Assembly (NCBI GenBank): GCA_027450205.1
Contig: DAIDJL010000004.1
Coordinates: 11,932 to 75,931, forward strand
From: Candidatus Parcubacteria bacterium
Lineage (GTDB): Bacteria > Patescibacteriota > Minisyncoccia > UBA6257 > 2-01-FULL-56-20
Reading direction: 5' to 3'
DNA length: 64,000 bases
In this document: in pieces, positions 48,313 to 58,508 of the stretch
How the letters are laid out: the number at the start of each line of letters is the position of its first letter
Numbering within the stretch: position 1 is the stretch's first letter
Made by a program: the position numbers and the translations under genes
The notes under the pieces: generated by a model
The model's input: the letters and a program-made list of their open reading frames with translations, nothing else
What the model was told of the DNA's origin: nothing
Databases searched by the model: none

Positions 48313-48929
48313 GAGTTTTTTTGAGCTTCCTGTTTAATCATTGCAATAATCTCGGGAAATTTCGATATATTGAAATGTCCATTCTTACTCTTATAAATTG
48401 TGATACGGGCATTATTTAATTTCTTTCGATACTTCTCAGCATGAATAACAGGCACGACATTATCATCTTTTGAAAAAAGAAGATGAAGATATTTACAGTT
48501 TTTTTCCATAAGCGAGAGGTTAGCTTTCAATTTAAACCCGCCAACGAGGTCTTCGGTCGGGGTCGTATCATCGTAAGGCGGTGCGATTAAATACACGGAT
48601 ATTGCTTTCTTGGGCAGTTTATTTTCGGAGAGATATTTTGCAAGAAAAATACCACCCAGAGATGAGCCAATTAAGATATAGCGACTTTTTAGAAGAGGTA
48701 TATATTTTTTAAAAACAATCTTCCAATCTCTATATTTTGCATTATCTTGAAGTGGCATGCGCGGCCCGATGACTTCAAATTTCTTACCCAACTTTTTTTC
48801 TAAATAATCACCTGTCCAATACCTTTTTTTCTTAGTTGACACTTTCTTTGTGCGAAGGTAATGCAAATAATCCTTGTCATTTTTAAAAGTCATCCCGCCA
48901 TGTATCGTTAGCACCTGAATCTGTTTCAT
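48309..48929 (-). CDS. Alpha/beta-fold serine hydrolase (RBBP9/YdeN-like), low-GC gene
   Basis: Nucleophile elbow GSSLGG, with downstream Asp and His (NGHFNI). AT-rich codon usage, unlike the flanks. Confidence 0.55.
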   Translation of the reverse strand: MKQIQVLTIHGGMTFKNDKDYLHYLRTKKVSTKKKRYWTGDYLEKKLGKKFEVIGPRMPLQDNAKYRDWKIVFKKYIPLLKSRYILIGSSLGGIFLAKYLSENKLPKKAISVYLIAPPYDDTTPTEDLVGGFKLKANLSLMEKNCKYLHLLFSKDDNVVPVIHAEKYRKKLNNARITIYKSKNGHFNISKFPEIIAMIKQEAQKNS

Positions 48930-48987
48930 TACGTGCTTTTATTATCACTCTATTTTTCGCCTTAAGCAATTTTTACCCGGCGGCCGA

Positions 48988-49629
48988 TTAATTCTGACTT
49001 AAGGGGATTGCGACCTCCTCGAGTAATGACGCCTTCTTCATGCCGTCTTCTTTTCCATACCAAAAGACGGTCACGCTTGAAACGGTTATATCCTTACTTT
49101 CGATCGCTTTGAGATTTCTTTGAGACTCCGCGATATCGGCCTGTGGCTTATCAAAATCAATTTCGCCGAGCGTGATATGCGGATCGAACACTTCTTCTGG
49201 AACATGATATGCCTGCAAACTTTGGCGGCTACCGTCAGTGTGAATTCCTTGGCTTTCCAATCTCTTTTGGATTTTTTCAGATATGAATGGGCTGCGATAA
49301 GGAATGGCCAGCGCTGATACTATATCGTGCAGTTTCTGCAACTGTTGCTTATTGGAGACATCCATAATGTAAAGATTCCGATGTCGATCATTCTCGACTC
49401 TTATTTTCGGCGCAAGAAGTGAAACGGTAAATGGTTTTATAGAAAGTCCGCGAAGTTTTTCTAATAGCTTTGGATATCCATCAGATGTATAGCTATCGAG
49501 ATAGAGCGTAATATGCGGCTCCGACTTATAACTACTTCCATACTCGGAAATAAAACGCTGCTTCTCCTGCCAAAGCACATTTGTAATGTTATCCGGGAAA
49601 GTTATACGAATGCTGATATCGTATCTCAT
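48988..49629 (-). CDS. 2H-phosphoesterase superfamily protein (LigT/2'-5' RNA ligase-like)
   Basis: Two H-x-T-x motifs (EPHITLYL and DPHITLGE) at the expected spacing. Confidence 0.6.
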   Translation of the reverse strand: MRYDISIRITFPDNITNVLWQEKQRFISEYGSSYKSEPHITLYLDSYTSDGYPKLLEKLRGLSIKPFTVSLLAPKIRVENDRHRNLYIMDVSNKQQLQKLHDIVSALAIPYRSPFISEKIQKRLESQGIHTDGSRQSLQAYHVPEEVFDPHITLGEIDFDKPQADIAESQRNLKAIESKDITVSSVTVFWYGKEDGMKKASLLEEVAIPLSQN

Positions 49630-49658
49630 TTCGATCGAGAAATAATATAAGAAGTCAT

Positions 49659-49784
49659 GGCATTATGAGGCATACAAATTTGTCCCGAGGGGAATCGCGG
49701 AGCCGCGTAGGCGGCGAGCGTTAGGGCGCATTCAGCAGAATGCGACCCGTCCCCGAAGGACATGTTTGTATGCCTCATAATGCC
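49659..49784. repeat. Hairpin-flanked structured repeat, copy 2 (perfect 20-bp inverted arms around the conserved core; distal arm overlaps dnaB stop codon)
   Basis: Arms GGCATTATGAGGCATACAAA / TTTGTATGCCTCATAATGCC. The core CGGAGCCGCGTAGGCGGCGAGCGTTAGGGCGCATTCAGCAGAATGCGACCCG aligns with copy 1. Confidence 0.6.
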
Positions 49785-51139
49785 GGCAGCTCTTCGTATC
49801 TCTTCTCTATCGTCTTGAAGCTGGCGAGCTCGCCATTGAAGAAGAAGTCCATATCTTTGAGCGCGCCGTTGCGGTGCTTGGCGACGCGGAGGTGCACCGT
49901 ATTATCGGCGGATGATGCGGTGTCGTTCGGGTTGCGTTCGTCGCGATAGAGGAACATGACGACGTCGGCGTCCTGTTCAATGGAGCCGGAGTCGCGGAGA
50001 TCCGAGAGGCGGGGGATCTTGTGATCGCGCTGTTCAAGGCCGCGCGAAAGCTGGGAAAGCGCGAGCACCGGCACCTTGAGCTCGCGGGCAAGCGCCTTGA
50101 GTCCGCGCGAGATCTCGGTGATCATGTTCACCATGTTGTCGCTGTTCGTGCGCGGGCGGATGAGCTGGAGATAATCCACGACGAGCAGGTCAAGGCCGTG
50201 TTCCACCTGGAGTCTCCGCGCCATGGAACGCATCTGGAGCACGTTCAGTGACGGCGAATCGTCTATATAGATCTTTACGCCGGAAAGGCGGTCGAGCGCT
50301 TCCTGGATCATGGAGAACTCGCTGTCATTTCTGATCCGGCCGGTAAGGATGTTCCAGAGCGGCACCTGCGATTCCGCGGAGATGATGCGGTCCTGCAGCG
50401 ATTCGCGCGACATTTCGAGCGAGAATACGCCGACGCTGAACCCGGCTTTGCCCGCGTTGCGCGCGATGTCGAGCGCGAACGACGTTTTTCCGACGGACGG
50501 CCGCGCGCCGAGGATCACGAGTTCGGATTTATGCAATCCGGAAAGGCACTCGTCGAGCGCGGGAAATCCGGTAGGTACGCCGCGCAACTTTCCGCCCCCG
50601 GCGTGGAGGTTCGCAATGCGTTCGTACGCGCTCGTGAGATCATCTTTGAGCGCCACGAAATTTTGCGGCAATGATTTCTGCGAGATCGAGAGGATCTTCT
50701 GCTCGACGTCGTCGAGCAGATCCTCCACCTCGCCGCCATTCGAGAACACGTTCTCGGCGATCTCCGCCGATGCCCGGATGAGGTCGCGCAGCACCTTCTT
50801 TTCTTTTACGATCGTGGCATAGTGCTGCACGTGCGACGCGCTCGATACGTGGTTCGTCAGGTCGGCAAGATACGCCGAGCCGCCGATATCCTTGAGCCAC
50901 TCGTGTTCCTTGAGGTAGTTCGCCAGGCTGAGGACATCAATCGGCTGATGTTTCTCGTAGAGGGAGAGAATGGCTTTATATATCCGTTCATGCGCGGGAG
51001 TATAAAAATCTTCGGGCAATAAAATATCCGCCACGCGGAAAATCGCGTTCTTGTCGATAAGGACGGAACCCAGCACCGCCTGTTCCGCTTCAAGGTTTTG
51101 GGGCGGAAGTTTGAGTTGTGATTTTTTGCTGACCGTCAT
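49775..51139 (-). CDS. dnaB: Replicative DNA helicase DnaB
   Basis: N-terminal domain plus RecA-like domain with Walker A GARPSVGKT, Walker B LLVVDYLQL, and an arginine finger. Confidence 0.95.
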   Translation of the reverse strand: MTVSKKSQLKLPPQNLEAEQAVLGSVLIDKNAIFRVADILLPEDFYTPAHERIYKAILSLYEKHQPIDVLSLANYLKEHEWLKDIGGSAYLADLTNHVSSASHVQHYATIVKEKKVLRDLIRASAEIAENVFSNGGEVEDLLDDVEQKILSISQKSLPQNFVALKDDLTSAYERIANLHAGGGKLRGVPTGFPALDECLSGLHKSELVILGARPSVGKTSFALDIARNAGKAGFSVGVFSLEMSRESLQDRIISAESQVPLWNILTGRIRNDSEFSMIQEALDRLSGVKIYIDDSPSLNVLQMRSMARRLQVEHGLDLLVVDYLQLIRPRTNSDNMVNMITEISRGLKALARELKVPVLALSQLSRGLEQRDHKIPRLSDLRDSGSIEQDADVVMFLYRDERNPNDTASSADNTVHLRVAKHRNGALKDMDFFFNGELASFKTIEKRYEELPAL

Positions 51140-51163
51140 GGATATTTGATCGAACCTCAGTTA

Positions 51164-52606
51164 TTAAAAAAATCTTTTCCGTATCCGGGAGCCGCTCTTG
51201 AAATCCCTTATAGCATATCCTAATCCTTCTATATCTTTTCTCAAAGCGTCGGACTGGATAAACTGTTTATTGCTCCTGAGTTCGGCATATATTCTCGCCT
51301 TTTCGGCTATTTCTGCGTTATCGACGGGCAGCGAGGCGTCGGCCATGGCGGTTTCCAGCCCAAGCCCCAAGACTGCGTCGTAGTGCTTGACGAGCGCAAG
51401 CTTTTCTTTCGGATTCCCGCCGTCGGCCAGCATTTCATACAATACGGCAAGTGCCTGCGGCGTGTTCAGGTCGTCGTCCAGCGCCGCGTGGAACTCCAGT
51501 TTATAGTGTTCGAGGGATCTTTTCGGCGTTTTCGCCGCCGTTTCGCCGCCATCCGCATCTGCCGCCTGCGCGGCTTCAAAGAGGTCATTTACCGCCTCGT
51601 AGAGCCGTTCGATGCCGTTCCGCGCCGCCTCCATGCTTTCCCAGGTGAAGTTGAGTCGCGTACGGTAGTGCGCGCCGAGCACGAGATAGCGGTAGACGAG
51701 GGGATGGAAGCCGCGCGATGCGAGCTCCGCGAGCGTGAGGGAATTTCCCTCTGACTTTGCCATCTTGCCGCCGTCGAGCAGAAGGTGCTCGCCGTGCATC
51801 CAGACGCGCGCGAGCGGGACGTCGTACGCGGCCTCCGACTGCGCGATCTCGTTCGTGTGATGCGTGCCGACGAGATCGATGCCGCCGGCGTGGATGTCGA
51901 ACGGCTGGCCGAGAAAGTGCCGTGCGATCGCGGAGCACTCGATATGCCATCCGGGAAATCCTTCGCCCCATGGCGACGGCCAATGCAAAAGATGTTTTTT
52001 AAATTTTCCCTCCAGCTTGAACCAAAGCGCGAAATCGGCAGGGTTGCGCTTGTCGCTGTCGACCACAACCTCCTCACGCGCGCCGGTCATCTTTTCTTCG
52101 AGCGATTGCCCCGAGAGCGCGCCGTACGACGGGAACTTGCTCACGTCGTAATAGACCGCCTTCGGCGTATCGTATGCATATTCTTTTTCGAGGAGCGTTT
52201 GAACGAGCGCGATCTGTTCGCGCACGTATTCGCTCGCGGGCGCGACGATATCCGGCATGGTGATGTTCAGTTTTGCGAGATCGTCAAAGAACGCGTCGGT
52301 ATAGAACCGCGCGATGTCCTCCACGGATTTTTTTTGTTCCGCGGCGGCGGTCTCGAGCTTGTCGTCGCCCGCATCGGCGTCGCCGGTGAGGTGTCCCACA
52401 TCCGTGATGTTCATCACGCGCCGCACCGCGTATCCGTCCGCGCGCAATGTCCGTTCAAGGATGTCCTCAAAAATGAACGTCCTCAGATTGCCGATATGCG
52501 CGAAGTTATAGACGGTCGGACCGCAGGTATACAATCCGACCCAATCCGGATGGACGGGCGTGAGCGGCTCCTTTTTGCGCGAAAGCGTGTTGTAAAGCGT
52601 GATCAT
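51164..52606 (-). CDS. cysS: Cysteinyl-tRNA synthetase
   Basis: HIGH-type motif (HIGN) and KMSKS-type motif (KMAKSEGN). Zinc-binding Cys and anticodon-binding domain conserved. Confidence 0.9.
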   Translation of the reverse strand: MITLYNTLSRKKEPLTPVHPDWVGLYTCGPTVYNFAHIGNLRTFIFEDILERTLRADGYAVRRVMNITDVGHLTGDADAGDDKLETAAAEQKKSVEDIARFYTDAFFDDLAKLNITMPDIVAPASEYVREQIALVQTLLEKEYAYDTPKAVYYDVSKFPSYGALSGQSLEEKMTGAREEVVVDSDKRNPADFALWFKLEGKFKKHLLHWPSPWGEGFPGWHIECSAIARHFLGQPFDIHAGGIDLVGTHHTNEIAQSEAAYDVPLARVWMHGEHLLLDGGKMAKSEGNSLTLAELASRGFHPLVYRYLVLGAHYRTRLNFTWESMEAARNGIERLYEAVNDLFEAAQAADADGGETAAKTPKRSLEHYKLEFHAALDDDLNTPQALAVLYEMLADGGNPKEKLALVKHYDAVLGLGLETAMADASLPVDNAEIAEKARIYAELRSNKQFIQSDALRKDIEGLGYAIRDFKSGSRIRKRFF

Positions 52607-52702
52607 ATTAAATCATTATAAAACCCCGGCCAAAACAAAGACAGCCTCCCGCCCCCCCAAAAAAAAAGATGGACCGTCCGGCTGCGGGGCTGTCTTTTCG
52701 TT

Positions 52703-53584
52703 TTAAAACCACCCTTTTCGCCGGAAATAGATGGTGAGCGAGACCATTCCGACCATCATGATGCCGAAGATGATCCAGAACGCGTTGGGCATGTTGACGA
52801 GCGGCGTGCCGCGCGTGTTCATACTGAAGAGCGCCGCGATGAGCATGAACGGGAAGGTAAGGAATGAGAGCGACGTGAATGTCTTCATCACGCTGTTGAT
52901 CTTGAGATTCATCAATTGGTTGTTCGTGTCCTCAAAGTCGGAGATCGCCTCGCGATAATCTTCCAGCTGGTTCACTACCTTCAGCTGGTCGCCGATGAGG
53001 TCGTTCAGGTAGATTTCCGCGCTGTCGCCCCAGAACTTCTTCCCCTTTGCGAGGAGCGATCGCAGGATCGGTTCCTGGAGGCGGACGACGATGCGGTATT
53101 CCGAAACATCCCGCTTGACGTAGGTGATGCGCTCAAGCACTTCCTTCTCGCGGTCCTTGAATATTTCCTTGCCGACCGCCTCTACTTTCTCGCGGATATG
53201 GCGGAGCTGGCGTTCCTGGAAGCTGATGAGGTGTTCGATCAGGTGGTACATCACCGCAAGCGAGGAATCGCAGTGCGCGATATTGGGTTCGTCGAGCGCA
53301 CCCTCCAGGCCGTCGTAGTGTACGGTGATGACCGTGTTTTTGGTGATGATGAAATCGATCTCCGTCCGCGCGCTTGCTTCGTCGCGGTGGTCGTAGACGG
53401 GGAAGTAATAGATGAAGTAAAGATAGTTCCGGTATGCTTCCACGCGTCCGCGCGCGGACGGACCCCGCAGCTCGTCAACGATGATCGGATGGATCCCGAA
53501 TTCCTTTCCGAGCCATGCAAGGTCTTTTTCCGACGGCTTGCCGACATTGATCCACTGGACGCCTTTGCCCTTCCGGATTTCCAT
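52703..53584 (-). CDS. corA: CorA-family divalent cation transporter
   Basis: Cytoplasmic funnel domain plus two C-terminal TM helices with a GMN-like loop (LFSMNTRG). Confidence 0.7.
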   Translation of the reverse strand: MEIRKGKGVQWINVGKPSEKDLAWLGKEFGIHPIIVDELRGPSARGRVEAYRNYLYFIYYFPVYDHRDEASARTEIDFIITKNTVITVHYDGLEGALDEPNIAHCDSSLAVMYHLIEHLISFQERQLRHIREKVEAVGKEIFKDREKEVLERITYVKRDVSEYRIVVRLQEPILRSLLAKGKKFWGDSAEIYLNDLIGDQLKVVNQLEDYREAISDFEDTNNQLMNLKINSVMKTFTSLSFLTFPFMLIAALFSMNTRGTPLVNMPNAFWIIFGIMMVGMVSLTIYFRRKGWF

Positions 53585-53699
53585 AATGGTATTTTAACAT
53601 ATTCGGCGTTTGTCCTCGCCCGGCAACCCCTTCCATTTTTTCACCGATGTGGTATAATGATTCCAGCGGTAAAATTCTTTTGATGAGAGGTTTCGCGTA

Positions 53700-54068
53700 A
53701 TGGGAATCATGACTGAACGGAAGTTCCATGGCATGGTTTTGGATCTTTTGGGATCTGAAGCGTGTCCGCGATATCGGTCCGGGCTTTTCGATGCCCTGAA
53801 CGATATCGGAAATCCCCGCTCTTTCGAGACGGTCGAAAACGTTGACGATGTTCGCTACGCGGAAGGACATGCCGCAGGGAAAAAGCTGCGGGAATTGTTC
53901 CTTGGGCTTGACGGGAAAATCGGGGACGAGGCGGTCACCGCCGAGATCTGCCGGTTGGTGGAGTGCGATGCCGAACGCATCCCCCTTGATGTTCTCAACA
54001 AGGCTTCGTGGGAGGGGGATCGGCGGATCCGGGCGGCCTTCAATGCTCTCCTGGACCCTGTTTTCTGA
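53700..54068 (+). CDS. Hypothetical protein (122 aa), low confidence
   Basis: ORF in the divergent corA/hrcA intergenic region. No RBS or family support. Confidence 0.25.
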   Translation: MGIMTERKFHGMVLDLLGSEACPRYRSGLFDALNDIGNPRSFETVENVDDVRYAEGHAAGKKLRELFLGLDGKIGDEAVTAEICRLVECDAERIPLDVLNKASWEGDRRIRAAFNALLDPVF

Positions 54069-54144
54069 CAATTAATGTTTTTTAAGGTCTTTCGCGGCCA
54101 GGTACCCCCACCTGGCCGCCTCTTTTTTCCTAAAAAGATAGCTC

Positions 54145-54183
54145 TTGGCACTCTCTTGACGAGATTGCCAACGGGCGTATAAT
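54145..54183 (+). promoter_or_regulatory. CIRCE-like HrcA operator overlapping a sigma70-type promoter
   Basis: TTGGCACTC-N9-GATTGCCAA, against the CIRCE consensus TTAGCACTC-N9-GAGTGCTAA. The spacer contains TTGACG (-35), and TATAAT (-10) follows 16 nt later, immediately upstream of hrcA. Confidence 0.7.
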
Positions 54184-54191
54184 GAGCACGA

Positions 54192-54863
54192 ATGACCGAC
54201 CGAACGGCACAAATTTTGGAGGCGGCGATCCAGGAGTTCATCAATACCGGCGACCCGGTGAGTTCGGGCTTGCTCTATGACCGTTACGAGTTTGGGATAA
54301 AACCGGCGATGATCCGGCTCGAGCTTGATGAGCTGGAAGACGCCGGATATTTGGAACAACCGCACCACTCGGCGGGGCGGGTGCCGACCAACAGCGGTTA
54401 TGAATTTTTTGCGAAACGGATGCTCGGCGCCGCGGCGGCTGCGAACACCGCGCGACAGAACGACCTGCGCCAGATGCTCGAAGATCGCGCGTGGCCGGAT
54501 CTTCTAAATGAACTTTCCGCACAACTGGGGTTGCTGAGCGTGTGCGCCGACCTTACACGCGAGGCGGTGTATAAAGCGGGGCTGCAGCACCTGATCGACA
54601 ACCTCGATTGGCATGACCAAAGCGGCATCCGTTCCGTCATCCGCGATTTTGAAGAGGTGGAGAACCGTGTCCCGCGGGCGAGCGAAAAATTGGGCATCGG
54701 GCCGCAGATCTTCATCGGGAAGAAAAGTCCGGTCACATCGAGTGACAGTCTTTCCGTGGTGGGAGGAAATTATCAGATCGGCGATGCCACCATTTCCATC
54801 TTTGCCATCGGTCCCAAGCGGATGGATTATAAAAAGGTCATTAAAATTTTCAAAAATCTATAA
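54192..54863 (+). CDS. hrcA: Heat-inducible transcription repressor HrcA (short form)
   Basis: N-terminal winged-helix ILEAAIQEFINTGDPVSSGLL. Position at the head of the grpE-dnaK-dnaJ operon, behind the CIRCE element. Confidence 0.8.
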   Translation: MTDRTAQILEAAIQEFINTGDPVSSGLLYDRYEFGIKPAMIRLELDELEDAGYLEQPHHSAGRVPTNSGYEFFAKRMLGAAAAANTARQNDLRQMLEDRAWPDLLNELSAQLGLLSVCADLTREAVYKAGLQHLIDNLDWHDQSGIRSVIRDFEEVENRVPRASEKLGIGPQIFIGKKSPVTSSDSLSVVGGNYQIGDATISIFAIGPKRMDYKKVIKIFKNL

Positions 54864-54865
54864 CC

Positions 54866-55363
54866 ATGAACGACGATAAAGAAAAGGAGATCCAGCAGCC
54901 GGAGCCGAACGAGCTCGAAGCGAAGCTCGCGGAAGCGGAAAAGGCCCGCGACGAATATCTTGCCGGATGGCAGCGCACCAAGGCGGACTTTATCAATTAC
55001 AAAAAAGAGGAGATGAAGCACCTGGAGGACGTCGCGCGCTACGGCAGCGAGGATCTCATCAAGGACCTCATTGGCGTGATCGACAATTTTGACCTCGGCC
55101 TGCGCACGATGGAGAAGTCCGGGCCGGTGGAGCGCGGCATTTATCTTATCCGCACGCAGATCGAGGATATTTTAAAGAAGCGCGGACTGGTAAAGGTGGA
55201 GATCAAGCCGGGCGACGAGTTTGATCCGATGATCGCCGAGGCCATGACGGAGGTGCCGTCGGAGCGCCCGCCGGGCACGATCGTGGAGGAAGTGGAGCCG
55301 GGCTATCGGCTGCACGAAAAGATTTTAAGGCCAGCGAGGGTAATACTAAGCAAGGGGAAGTGA
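54866..55363 (+). CDS. grpE: Nucleotide exchange factor GrpE
   Basis: Coiled-coil N-terminus and conserved C-terminal beta-domain (FDPMIAEAM ... VEPGYRLHEKILRPARV). Confidence 0.9.
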   Translation: MNDDKEKEIQQPEPNELEAKLAEAEKARDEYLAGWQRTKADFINYKKEEMKHLEDVARYGSEDLIKDLIGVIDNFDLGLRTMEKSGPVERGIYLIRTQIEDILKKRGLVKVEIKPGDEFDPMIAEAMTEVPSERPPGTIVEEVEPGYRLHEKILRPARVILSKGK

Positions 55364-55377
55364 TTAATAGTGGTAAT

Positions 55378-55626
55378 ATGAATTATTACGCAGAAAATCC
55401 AGTACCAATATTTCCGCATGAAGATGACTTGCCAGAAGAAGTGCAATGGGTTGATTTAACTTTTTCAGACATTGCTTTTGCCGGTACCACGAGTGCATAT
55501 GTTACGTCTGGTAATGTTTATAAATCGACATCTCCAGGATTTATTAAAACAGATAATGGTAATTTGATAGAGATTTTAAGTGATAGTAAATTAAATAATA
55601 ATGAATTAAACAAACTAATTAATTAA
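55378..55626 (+). CDS. Hypothetical small AT-rich ORF inserted between grpE and dnaK
   Basis: 83 aa, N/K/Y-rich. GC content is conspicuously lower than the flanking chaperone genes. Confidence 0.35.
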   Translation: MNYYAENPVPIFPHEDDLPEEVQWVDLTFSDIAFAGTTSAYVTSGNVYKSTSPGFIKTDNGNLIEILSDSKLNNNELNKLIN

Positions 55627-55632
55627 AAAACT

Positions 55633-57531
55633 ATGGCAAAAATTTTAGGAATCGATTTGGGAACAACGAACTCGGCGGTAGCCGTTATGGAAGGCGGCGA
55701 GCCGAAGATCTTGGAGAACGCGGAGGGCAACCGCACGACGCCGTCGATCGTGGCGATCTCAAAGTCCAATGAACGGCTCGTTGGCCTGCTCGCGAAGCGG
55801 CAGTCGGTGACGAATCCGAAGAACACAATCTTTTCCGTCAAGCGCCTTATTGGCCGCAAGTTCACGGACGAGGTAGTGCAGAAGGACAAGGCGTGGCTTC
55901 CGTACGAGATCAAGGCCAGCGCGAATGGCGGCGTGGACGTAAAGATGGGCGATAAGTGGTACTCGCCGGAGGAAGTTTCCTCTTTTATATTGGCGAAGCT
56001 GAAGGCGGATGCGGAGGCGCGTCTGGGCGAAAAGATCGAGGAGGCGGTGATCACGGTGCCGGCGTACTTTGACGACGCGGAGCGTCAGGCCACGAAGAAC
56101 GCGGGCGAGATTGCAGGGCTTAAGGTGCGGCGCATTTTGAACGAGCCGACGGCGGCGGCGCTCGCATATGGCATGAACAAGCAGAAGAATGAGAAGATCG
56201 TCGTCTACGACTTTGGCGGCGGCACGTTCGACATTTCTGTTTTGGAAGTGGGCGATGACACGGTGGAGGTCAAGGCGACCGGCGGCGACACGCACCTCGG
56301 CGGCGACGACTTTGATAAGAAGATCCAGGAGTTTTTGGTGGACGAATATAAGAAGCAGGAAGGAGTGGATATTTCCAAGGATCCGCTCGCGCTCCAGCGG
56401 TTGAAGGAAGCGGCGGAGAAGGCGAAGCATGAATTGTCGTCTGCGGCGGAGACGGAGATCAATCTGCCGTACATCACCTCCGGGCCGGAAGGGCCGAAGC
56501 ACTTCGTGATGAAGCTTTCGCGCGCGAAGCTGGAATCGCTCGTGGCGGAATATATCGATCGTTCCATCGCGCTCACGAAAGAGACGGTGACGGCGGCCGC
56601 GCCGAAGGGCGCCGGGTTCCAGCTCTCGGAGATCAATGAGGTCATCATGGTCGGCGGCCAGACGCGCATGCCGGCGATGGTGGAGGCGGTCAAGAAATTG
56701 TTCGGCAAGGACCCGCATCAGGGCATCAATCCGGACGAGGTCGTCGCGATCGGCGCGGCGGTGCAGGCCGGCATCCTGCAGGGCGACGTCAAAGATATTC
56801 TTCTGCTCGACGTGACCCCGCTCACGCTTTCCATCGAAACGTTCGGTTCCGTGGCAACGCCGATGATCCCGAAGAACACGACGGTGCCGACCGCGAAGTC
56901 GCAGGTGTTCAGCACCGCGGCCGACAATCAGACGTCGGTGGAAGTGCACGTCACGCAGGGTGAGCGCCCGATGGCGTCGGACAACAAGACGCTTGCGCGG
57001 TTCATCCTGGACGGCATCCCGCCGGCGCCGCGCGGTGTGCCGCAGGTGGAGGTCACGTTTGATATTGACGCGAACGGCATCCTGAACGTTTCGGCCAAGG
57101 ATAAGGCGAGCGGCAAGACGCAGTCGGTCAAGATCGAGGCGTCCACGTCGCTTTCTAAGGATGATATTGAAAGAATGAAGAAAGACGCCGCCGAACACGC
57201 GGCGGAGGACGAGAAGAAGCGCGCGCTTATCGAAGTGCGCAACCAGGCGGAGTCGCTCATGTACACCGCCGAAAAGGCGGTGAAGGATGCGGGCGAGACG
57301 CTCGCGGCTGACATCAAGGCCGGCGTGGAAGAAAAGCTGGCGGCGCTGAAGAACGTGAAGGATGGCGAGGATGAGGCCGCGATCAGGTCCGCAACGGAGG
57401 CGCTTTCCACAGAGATACAAAAAATCGGCCAGGCGGCGTATAATAAAACAAATGAACCTCAGGGAAGTGATGGCGGGAACCAGCCCGGCGGACCAGCAGG
57501 GGCAGAACCTGATCAATCCGGCCAGAATTAA
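55633..57531 (+). CDS. dnaK: Molecular chaperone DnaK (Hsp70)
   Basis: Hsp70 signatures [16 protein letters not shown] and VGGQTRMP. Full-length conservation. Confidence 0.97.
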   Translation: MAKILGIDLGTTNSAVAVMEGGEPKILENAEGNRTTPSIVAISKSNERLVGLLAKRQSVTNPKNTIFSVKRLIGRKFTDEVVQKDKAWLPYEIKASANGGVDVKMGDKWYSPEEVSSFILAKLKADAEARLGEKIEEAVITVPAYFDDAERQATKNAGEIAGLKVRRILNEPTAAALAYGMNKQKNEKIVVYDFGGGTFDISVLEVGDDTVEVKATGGDTHLGGDDFDKKIQEFLVDEYKKQEGVDISKDPLALQRLKEAAEKAKHELSSAAETEINLPYITSGPEGPKHFVMKLSRAKLESLVAEYIDRSIALTKETVTAAAPKGAGFQLSEINEVIMVGGQTRMPAMVEAVKKLFGKDPHQGINPDEVVAIGAAVQAGILQGDVKDILLLDVTPLTLSIETFGSVATPMIPKNTTVPTAKSQVFSTAADNQTSVEVHVTQGERPMASDNKTLARFILDGIPPAPRGVPQVEVTFDIDANGILNVSAKDKASGKTQSVKIEASTSLSKDDIERMKKDAAEHAAEDEKKRALIEVRNQAESLMYTAEKAVKDAGETLAADIKAGVEEKLAALKNVKDGEDEAAIRSATEALSTEIQKIGQAAYNKTNEPQGSDGGNQPGGPAGAEPDQSGQN

Positions 57532-57586
57532 AACCGCGGAACGGGCGCCGGGGTTCTGGCGTTCGCTCGGTCTTGATGCGGTAGCG

Positions 57587-58480
57587 GTGCTTGCCGCTGC
57601 GCTGTTCGGGTTCCTCTATTACCGCTATCTTACGCAGGGATTATCGGTATGGTTCCTCCTCGCCGCGCTCACATTTTTCGGTGTAGCGTGCGTCATGGAA
57701 ACCCTGCTTACCAAAAGCGCATCGCGCAGCCTGCTCGTCATCATCCTGGAGACCGGTGCGGCGCTCGGATTCTTCTGGCGCGACGATCTGCAGATTATCG
57801 GGATCATCGCGCTCATCATGATCGTTATGCTTGCGTGGGGACATTTTTCCGCCCGATCGCTCGTGCGGAACGCGATCGAGGTCCCGTTCTTCGGGGTGAG
57901 CGGGGATGTGCTCGGCAAGTTTACGACCGCGCTCCTGCTCTTTATGATCCTTGCGTATGTTCCGCAGATCGGCGGAAACGCGCTGGTTGTTTCCCAGCAG
58001 AGCTTCCGCACCTTCTTTGACTGGACGTCGGGGTTCATCAACAGTTTTTATCCGGGATTGACGTTGAACGGTTCGTTCGGGGATTTCGCGCAAAGCGTTT
58101 CCAGGATGGAACTTGCGAATAATCCGAGCTTCAAAAATCTGAACACCGCGCAACAGAACGTCGCGCTCCAGCAGGCGAGCGATCAGTTCGCGCAGAACTT
58201 TTTACAGGGCGCCGCATCGGGGACGGTTGCGGCGTCGGCGCCGGCGAGCGACGCGTTTTATAACGTGTTGAACGGCGTACTCGGCGCGTGGCAGAGCCAG
58301 TCGTCGGGATGGTTCGATGTCGGATGGGTGACGGTGCTCTTCATCGGCCTGCGCACGATAGGCATTCTTTTCGTATGGGCCGCCCAGTTCATCTCGCTCA
58401 TGTTCTACGAGCTATTGCTCGCGCTCGGTTTTATGAAGATTTCCGAGGAATCTCATCCGCGCGAGGTCCTCGGGTATTAA
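57587..58480 (+). CDS. Polytopic membrane protein between dnaK and dnaJ, hypothetical
   Basis: About 7 predicted TM helices. No in-frame ATG near the dnaK stop, so the start is probably GTG 57587 (or ATT 57527). Confidence 0.4.
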   Translation: MLAAALFGFLYYRYLTQGLSVWFLLAALTFFGVACVMETLLTKSASRSLLVIILETGAALGFFWRDDLQIIGIIALIMIVMLAWGHFSARSLVRNAIEVPFFGVSGDVLGKFTTALLLFMILAYVPQIGGNALVVSQQSFRTFFDWTSGFINSFYPGLTLNGSFGDFAQSVSRMELANNPSFKNLNTAQQNVALQQASDQFAQNFLQGAASGTVAASAPASDAFYNVLNGVLGAWQSQSSGWFDVGWVTVLFIGLRTIGILFVWAAQFISLMFYELLLALGFMKISEESHPREVLGY

Positions 58481-58508
58481 TTGTCGGATCTGAATATATG
58501 GATCATTC

